Shown here one piece after another: positions 57,504 through 64,000 of a stretch of 64,000 bases of DNA. Source of the stretch: a virus; IMG/VR virus record IMGVR_UViG_3300031841_004047; one strand, 5' to 3'. The position numbers and the translations under genes were made by a program. The notes beneath the pieces are model-generated. The model was not told the DNA's origin. It saw nothing but the letters and a program-made list of their open reading frames with translations, and ran no database searches. Every line of letters begins with the position of its first letter. The stretch's first letter is position 1.

Positions 57504-59992
57504 CGACCAATAATATCAGATATTTAAAAGAAAATGGTATTGCTTTTGTTGAAGATAAATCTCAGTTTTTTGAGTTTATCGATAGTCAATGGGTTAGCAT
57601 AGGATCTTTCACTGAAAATTATACTTCTGTTAGTTTAGATTCAGATGGTTACTTGCAGTTTACATTCGAATCAGACTATGATCCAGTTCAAAATGCTTTT
57701 TCACCTCTCATATCATTAACATCTACTGATAACTCAAATAATCCTATAAGTTATACTTTAACTTCCGTTAACCCTTTAAATGGTGGTGGAATAATAAAAA
57801 ATATATCTGGAGCTAATAACACCTATACAGTAAACCCAAATAAACTTGACAACGACTTAGGGAAAGACCAAGTAGTTAAAATAGAAACCAGCTCCATTCC
57901 GGATTTAGGGTTTGACAGTATAGACAGTGACTATTTTGCGGATAACTATATAACTAAGCTATCGGCTGAAATCTACTACAACTACTACGGTGCTAATATT
58001 TCTTCAACTAATCACACTAAAATATCGAAGTTAATAAACATTGCAACACCATCAGTAGAATATATGGCTTTAGCTCCTGCTCCTCTTGGATCTCAGGATA
58101 TTAAAGGACTTCACTTTAAGCCAGACGGTACTAAGATATATACCGTAAGGAATTCTTCCGTAGCTTATATAGAACAGTATGATTTGTCTAAACCCTTTGA
58201 TGTGACTTCTTTAGATTCAACCACTTATAAAAAATATGAGTTTTATCAGGGACCTAACAGCGATAAAATAAGTGATTTATTTTTAAGCTTGAATGGAGAC
58301 AAGATGTTTCTCGTATCTTCTTCTTTCGCAAAAATATATGAGTTATATCTTACTACACCATTTGATGTTTCAACCGCTAAGTTTGAATCATCAGAATTAA
58401 TAAATGACAAACTTAAAAATCCTCTTTCTCTCACACTTCCGGGAACACGATACTCCGCAAGCATGAGACCCGGAGGAAATGATTTTGAAATTGTTCAAAA
58501 TGGAATGACTGCTGTCTCTTTAAGTGATAATGTCATATACTCTTGGCAAGTAGGTGATAGTGACAAATCGCAAAATTATGATATATCTTTCTCGGGAAAA
58601 GCTATTTCTGGATCATCAATTAATAACTATAGGTCTCTTAGTCTTGGCGGGAATTTGTATCAGCGATCACAAACTTTTGATGGTTGGGCATCTACTTATA
58701 ATTTCAGAAACGGTGCTGTACGATATTATGCCTCCGGATGGAAGTATTACTATCCTCATAATGCCGCTAAAAGTTGCTTCACCTTTAGTCCAGCAATATT
58801 CGTAGATTCAAGCGGTAACAGTTATAACTACATGTACTATGCTTCAACAGTTGCAGGTTATTCTGGAAAAATATGGCAGTATAAATTGAGTGACCCCTAC
58901 AACATATCTTCAGCTTCAGCGACAAATCTTAAAAGTAGAACACACACTATTGGATTCGTTCAAGGTCATGAGTATGTAAACAATGGAGATAACGGTATCC
59001 AAAAAATAAGATGGTCAGGTGACGGGTCTAAGTTATTTTTACTTGATACCTATAGACATAAGATTTACTCGTACCTAACGAATGAACCGTATATGATATC
59101 TCAACTAAGTTCAAACGACAGCGCTTCTACAAGAACTCTTCAGCCTATATCTTCATCAATTATTGGAGAGGGAGGCTACCATCAAGAGATGAACCTAAGT
59201 CCAGAGATCCCGACAAATCCGTCGGAATTGAGCTATATAGACGCAAAGGGTGGGGCAGTTAACGTTTCAGGTTTAAATTACTTTGATTTCAATAAAGATG
59301 GAACTAAGCTTATAGTAAATAATCATAAAGACGTCTATGAGTATCAGTTAACTGCTGCATATGACATTTCAACTGCCTCACATATTAGAACTCATACTAA
59401 CCTTCAGCAGTATATGAGTAAAGGAAGTGCTGTTAAGATAGATGATTCAGATGAAACAAATTTATATGTTTCTACTTCTAATGTTATAACTCAATTTACT
59501 ATTGATTCTTTTTCTGATATTAGCTCAGCAGTTTTAAGGTTCGACAGCGATGGTTTAGATGTTCAGTCAATCGAATCCACTCCTAATGCTTTAACTATGA
59601 ATGATTCTGGAACGATAGTTTTACTGGGTGGTAATACCAACAACAATATTCATAGGATAGACTTGAATACATCAAATAAGATTACTGATGCTAACTTATC
59701 TCTTTCTTCTACTTTTATCAGCCCACCAAATATCACTAACTTATCAGGATTAACCACTAACTCTACTTTTACAAAACTTTTTGCTACCTCAGATAAGATT
59801 ATTTACCAAATTAGTATGAGTGATAGCTTTAATCTTTCGACATACGATTCTATTTCATACTTGACACCTCAGGCTAATAACAATATAAACGGAATGAGAT
59901 GGAATAACATTGGTTCTCAGTTTACAATATGTGGCGATAACGAAGTAGAGAAGTATAAAACTAAAAATGCATATCAAGTAATTCCTATATAA
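57500..59992 (+). CDS. Beta-propeller repeat virion protein
   Basis: FKPDGTKIY...QYDLSKPFDV repeats like those of 6242..9847; ATGA overlap. Confidence 0.75.
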   Translation: MTTNNIRYLKENGIAFVEDKSQFFEFIDSQWVSIGSFTENYTSVSLDSDGYLQFTFESDYDPVQNAFSPLISLTSTDNSNNPISYTLTSVNPLNGGGIIKNISGANNTYTVNPNKLDNDLGKDQVVKIETSSIPDLGFDSIDSDYFADNYITKLSAEIYYNYYGANISSTNHTKISKLINIATPSVEYMALAPAPLGSQDIKGLHFKPDGTKIYTVRNSSVAYIEQYDLSKPFDVTSLDSTTYKKYEFYQGPNSDKISDLFLSLNGDKMFLVSSSFAKIYELYLTTPFDVSTAKFESSELINDKLKNPLSLTLPGTRYSASMRPGGNDFEIVQNGMTAVSLSDNVIYSWQVGDSDKSQNYDISFSGKAISGSSINNYRSLSLGGNLYQRSQTFDGWASTYNFRNGAVRYYASGWKYYYPHNAAKSCFTFSPAIFVDSSGNSYNYMYYASTVAGYSGKIWQYKLSDPYNISSASATNLKSRTHTIGFVQGHEYVNNGDNGIQKIRWSGDGSKLFLLDTYRHKIYSYLTNEPYMISQLSSNDSASTRTLQPISSSIIGEGGYHQEMNLSPEIPTNPSELSYIDAKGGAVNVSGLNYFDFNKDGTKLIVNNHKDVYEYQLTAAYDISTASHIRTHTNLQQYMSKGSAVKIDDSDETNLYVSTSNVITQFTIDSFSDISSAVLRFDSDGLDVQSIESTPNALTMNDSGTIVLLGGNTNNNIHRIDLNTSNKITDANLSLSSTFISPPNITNLSGLTTNSTFTKLFATSDKIIYQISMSDSFNLSTYDSISYLTPQANNNINGMRWNNIGSQFTICGDNEVEKYKTKNAYQVIPI

Positions 59993-59995
59993 ATA
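59988..59995 (+). promoter_or_regulatory. T4-type late promoter TATAAATA
   Basis: Overlaps the upstream stop codon, 36 bp before the 60031 start. Confidence 0.8.
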
Positions 59996-60030
59996 GAATA
60001 AATTAAGATGTATATCTTCGGAGTCTAAAT

Positions 60031-62556
60031 ATGCCAAGTAAAGCGTTTAAGTTAGCGGAATCTATAGTTAGTAATCCGGTAATGAACGATATTGTTACAA
60101 ACACTACAGCCGTGCCAGCGACAATCACTGCTCAGATTGCAACATCTACTGATCAGGGTGTTTCGACAGTAGCTGATTTACCAGATACAGGAAACAATCC
60201 TGGTGATATACAGCTAGTAGAAGCTACAAATAGACTTTATGTTTGGAATGGATCGGGATGGTATAACATCGCTTTGATCAATCAAACTCCTACGTGGGAC
60301 TCCGGTGGACAACCTTCCGGTTCTTATGTGCTGGATAACGACAGTCCTCAAGATGCAACCGTCATAACCCTTGCTGCATCCGATCCAGACGGTCTTCCTA
60401 TATCGTACTCCTATGTAACCAGTGGATCAATGGATTCAATGGCAACCATCGGTCAAGACTCAAGCGTCTTTACGATCACTCCTAAAACAGTTGCGCAAGT
60501 AGGAGAAGGTGTTGAACTAACTGGATCTATCACATTTAGAGCAAGTGACGGTGTAAATATTCTTCCTAGTGTATCAAGCTTTACTCTTAGTTTTGTTACT
60601 TTAATAGAAAATAGTAATCATACTACTTTACTAGCAACAGCAGTTGATACTAGCGATAACAACAACATTACGGATTCTTCAACTAACAACCATACGATTA
60701 CGGTAGCTGGCGATGCTCATGCTGGGACGTTTAGTCCTTATCGGCATGGTGGGTATAGCACATATTTTGATGGGACTGGAGATCGTTTGTCTATTGCTCA
60801 CTCTACTGAATTGCAACTTGGAACTACATCTGCGTTTACTGCCGAATTTTGGGTATATATTCCAACCACCAACGCTGACTATAGTGTACTATTAGGTAAA
60901 GGGTTGAATACAGGAACTGCTGAATGGTATTTAGAACTAATGGCCGATGGAGCTATTGATTTATTTTTATCAAACAATGGAACTAACTATAATTATCTTA
61001 AAAACACTGTCACTGGAGTATTACAACATAATACTTGGTATCACATTGCGCTAGTTAGAGAAAATACCAGTACAATTAAAGTTTATACCAACGGCGTACA
61101 ATCGTATTCAAATACTTCAGTTTCTGACTGGAATATTGACACAGGGATTGTTCAAGTTGGCGGGTATTTTGATGGATCAACAAACCTCGCATCCAACACA
61201 TATCTTACTGATGTCCGTATTGTTAAGGGAACGGCGGTTTATACTTCTAACTTTACTCCACCAACTGAACGCCTTACAGCAATCACAAATACAACTCTGC
61301 TTATTGGCCACCTTCCGTACATAGCAGACGGTTCTTCTAATGCTCACTCAATCACAGTAAACGGCAACACCTCAACAAAACCATTCACCCCTTACGACAA
61401 CTTAGAATACGCAGCAACAGATCACGGTGCTTCTATTTTCTTAGATGGAACTGGAGATTATTTAACAATAAATGATACTAACATAGCCAATTTTGGAACG
61501 AACGATTTTACTATAGAAGCGTGGGTTTATTGTAATGATACAGCTGCGAATCAAATTGTTGAAACGAGGCCATTCAGCACAAACGGAGCATATGTTACTA
61601 TTGCGGTCGGTAATACTATTGGAGTTTTAATATCTACTAATAGTGCCGAAATATTTCCTGGTGGTGTTGGAACCATTAATGTAGGTCAATGGCATCATGT
61701 CGCTTGGGTTCGTAATAGTGGTACAATCAGTGTGTATGTTGATGGCACAAGTGTAGGGTCAGCATCAAATAGTACAAACTTTATTTCAAGTAATGTTGGT
61801 ATTGGATGGAATGCTTACATTGGCGAAAACACTGGTTCAGTTTATATCAGCGATTTACGAATAGTCAAAGGTACTGCTGTTTATACTGGCAATTTCACTC
61901 CACCAACCACCACTCTTACAGCAATCACAAACACTTCACTACTTATCTCAGGTACTGACGCATCTATCATAGATAAATCTCAAGGGAACAATCTAAAACT
62001 TGTTGGAAACACCACTGGCTCAACGACTCAGGTTAAGTTTGCTGGTAGTAAATCTATGTATTTTGATGGGAACGGAGATAAAATTAATCTTGATGCAAAC
62101 AACTCTTTATATAACTTATCTTATGGGCAAGGCGATTTTACTATTGAAGGCTGGTTTTATTTCAATAGTTACTCTAGCAACCCTAAGTTATACATTGATA
62201 TTGGTAGTGCTTCAACATACTGGCAGTTGTATTATGTAAATGGTACAGGATTAACTTTTCGAGCAAACAACACAGGTATAAATGTTAATGCAGGAAGTAC
62301 ATTATCTTTAAATACTTGGTATTATATTGCTTTAGTGCGTAACAGCAGCACCTACAATGTTTATGTTGACGGCACTAGTGTTATTAGTACGACAACTACA
62401 CATCAAATTGGGAACTATAGCGAAAAAGCTATAGGGGGTACTGCATTGGATGCGACAGCTAGTTTAGATGGTTACATTCAAGATTTTCGTATTACTAAAG
62501 GACTCGCAAGATACACCTCAAACTTTACACCACCAACAGAATCTCTAAAAGGATAA
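60031..62556 (+). CDS. Stalk + 3x LamG fibre/appendage protein, paralogue E
   Basis: Same stalk and family C-terminus. Confidence 0.85.
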   Translation: MPSKAFKLAESIVSNPVMNDIVTNTTAVPATITAQIATSTDQGVSTVADLPDTGNNPGDIQLVEATNRLYVWNGSGWYNIALINQTPTWDSGGQPSGSYVLDNDSPQDATVITLAASDPDGLPISYSYVTSGSMDSMATIGQDSSVFTITPKTVAQVGEGVELTGSITFRASDGVNILPSVSSFTLSFVTLIENSNHTTLLATAVDTSDNNNITDSSTNNHTITVAGDAHAGTFSPYRHGGYSTYFDGTGDRLSIAHSTELQLGTTSAFTAEFWVYIPTTNADYSVLLGKGLNTGTAEWYLELMADGAIDLFLSNNGTNYNYLKNTVTGVLQHNTWYHIALVRENTSTIKVYTNGVQSYSNTSVSDWNIDTGIVQVGGYFDGSTNLASNTYLTDVRIVKGTAVYTSNFTPPTERLTAITNTTLLIGHLPYIADGSSNAHSITVNGNTSTKPFTPYDNLEYAATDHGASIFLDGTGDYLTINDTNIANFGTNDFTIEAWVYCNDTAANQIVETRPFSTNGAYVTIAVGNTIGVLISTNSAEIFPGGVGTINVGQWHHVAWVRNSGTISVYVDGTSVGSASNSTNFISSNVGIGWNAYIGENTGSVYISDLRIVKGTAVYTGNFTPPTTTLTAITNTSLLISGTDASIIDKSQGNNLKLVGNTTGSTTQVKFAGSKSMYFDGNGDKINLDANNSLYNLSYGQGDFTIEGWFYFNSYSSNPKLYIDIGSASTYWQLYYVNGTGLTFRANNTGINVNAGSTLSLNTWYYIALVRNSSTYNVYVDGTSVISTTTTHQIGNYSEKAIGGTALDATASLDGYIQDFRITKGLARYTSNFTPPTESLKG

Positions 62557-62562
62557 TTAGAA

Positions 62563-64000
62563 ATGCCATCAAATGCTTTTCAACTTGGTAAGCTTTTAAT
62601 GAGTTCAGGAAAAGTTGAAATTTCTCCTGAAAACGTGAGCGATGATTTTTCAACAATTGAGCAAGTTTCAAGTACTGATGCTTTAAGCGCATCAGGAAAT
62701 GCAGTTGGGGATCAAAGAATTGTAGGAAACAACCTTTATATCTGGAACGGATCCGGCTGGTATAGGATTGCTTTGATTAATGAGACTCCTACGTGGGACT
62801 CCGGTGGACAACCTTCTACTTCTTATATACTTGATACTGACAGTCCACAAGACGCTACCGTTATTACACTTGCCGCCAGTGATCCTGATGGTTTGCCGAT
62901 TCAGTATTCTTACGTAACTGGTGGATCTATGGATAGCATGGCAACCATTAGTCAAGACTCCAGTGTATTTACAATTGTACCTAAAACAGTTTCAGAAGTT
63001 GGAGAAGGCGCTGAATTAACAGGCAGTATTACTTTCAGAGCAAGCGATGGTATAAATATTTTACCTCAGGTATCAAGCTTTACTTTAAACTTTATTTCTG
63101 TTGTCGAAAACAGTAGGTATACAACTTTACTGGCGACAGCAGTTGATACATCAGACAACAATAATATAACTGATAGTTCAACTAATAATCATACGATCAC
63201 AGTAACGGGTGATGCTCATGCAGGTACGTTTAGTCCTTATCGGCATGGTGGGTATAGCACGTACTTCGATGGAAATGGGGATTATATAAATGCACCAAGT
63301 TCACATTCTAGCTTTGCTTTAGGAACAAATGATTTCACTTACGAATGTTGGTTTTACCCTCAAAATTTAACTGGTTGTTTAGTTTCTAAACATTCTGCTG
63401 GTGCGCCTCAGTGGTTTGAACTTAGAGTATCAAGTGGATACATATACGTTGGAATAGCGTTTTCAAATGCGTGGGGTCCGATGCAGACGGGAACAATACC
63501 AGTTCCAGCAAATAAATGGTGTCACGTTGCACTTGTCAGAAACGGTTCATCTTTTAGTGTATTTGTTAATGGCGTTCTGGATATAAGTATATCTAACACG
63601 GGTTCTATATCAAATAATACCAGCTATCCTTTCCGTATTGGAGCAAGAGGTGCTGCAGATCTACCATATAATGGATATATAAGTGATGCCCGGTTGGTTA
63701 ATGGTACTGCACTATATACTTCTAACTTTACTCCACCAACAGAACGCCTTACTGCCATAACGAACACTTCTGTGCTGACCTGCCACCTTCCATACATAGC
63801 TGATGGTTCTTCCAACGCTCATGCAATCACAATAAACGGTAACACCTCAACAAAACCATTTGGCCCATACGACTACGCTAATTACTCAGAAAGCATTAAC
63901 GGTGGGTCTGTGTACTTTGATGGGTCAGATTATTTACAGCTATCTGCCACAGCAACTGACCTTCTTCCCGAAACATCAAACACAACAATCGAAGCGTGGG
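62563..64000 (+). CDS. 3'-truncated stalk + LamG fibre/appendage protein, paralogue F
   Basis: Manual translation MPSNAFQLGKLL...NLYIWNGSGWYRIALINETPTWDSGGQP...ASDPDGLP; open to the window end and missing from the ORF track. Confidence 0.85.
   Translation, partial: MPSNAFQLGKLLMSSGKVEISPENVSDDFSTIEQVSSTDALSASGNAVGDQRIVGNNLYIWNGSGWYRIALINETPTWDSGGQPSTSYILDTDSPQDATVITLAASDPDGLPIQYSYVTGGSMDSMATISQDSSVFTIVPKTVSEVGEGAELTGSITFRASDGINILPQVSSFTLNFISVVENSRYTTLLATAVDTSDNNNITDSSTNNHTITVTGDAHAGTFSPYRHGGYSTYFDGNGDYINAPSSHSSFALGTNDFTYECWFYPQNLTGCLVSKHSAGAPQWFELRVSSGYIYVGIAFSNAWGPMQTGTIPVPANKWCHVALVRNGSSFSVFVNGVLDISISNTGSISNNTSYPFRIGARGAADLPYNGYISDARLVNGTALYTSNFTPPTERLTAITNTSVLTCHLPYIADGSSNAHAITINGNTSTKPFGPYDYANYSESINGGSVYFDGSDYLQLSATATDLLPETSNTTIEAW

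Noticed and set aside
10701-63058. TATAAATA hits inside coding regions (10701, 28758, 46929, 63051)
   Set aside because: An AT-rich 8-mer can occur by chance in this genome; these have no intergenic context, although 28758 and 46929 could be real internal promoters.
2296-63815. Numerous short antisense or out-of-frame ORFs in the track (e.g. 2445-2921, 10230-10478, 23187-23861, 24467-24952, 27850-28257, 42101-42469, 50281-50664, 62692-62955)
   Set aside because: They lie wholly within longer, motif-bearing genes on another frame or strand, lack RBSs, and are best explained as shadows.
1-64000. tRNA/rRNA genes
   Set aside because: Intergenic gaps are short and AT-rich; I recognised no cloverleaf (T-loop GTTCGA with acceptor stem). 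tRNAscan-SE/Aragorn would be decisive.

Overview
Segment of a large, AT-rich T4-like (Tevenvirinae-like) myovirus genome, probably marine; almost all genes are on the + strand. Evidence: T4-type late promoters (TATAAATA), GTTTAC-type sigma70 early promoters, rnh, phoH, glutaredoxin, a DenV-family glycosylase, DUF932 and a GH19 endolysin. Blocks of late/virion genes alternate with islands of early genes. Main observations: (1) at least 9 paralogous fibre/appendage genes share a cadherin/Ig-like stalk but carry interchangeable heads (LamG x3, FG-GAP propeller, Gly-rich, unknown), with identical DNA tracts and an orphan gene scar that point to recombinational swapping. (2) A late cluster (24.5-32.6 kb) encodes proteins that start with a T4 capsid-targeting-like peptide (MKxFKxF..E), including a KxDG ligase-fold protein and an HxGH nucleotidyltransferase; these may be enzymes packaged in the head and injected into the host. 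(3) Unusual auxiliary metabolic genes: a type I GAPDH lacking the NAD-specifying Asp32, a PiT/PHO4-like transporter preceded by a Pho-box-like repeat, and a probable B12-dependent class II RNR. An alphaproteobacterial (Rhodobacterales-like) host is inferred, not shown. I found no tRNA, CRISPR array, reverse transcriptase or transposase. All family assignments come from motif recognition, not database searches.
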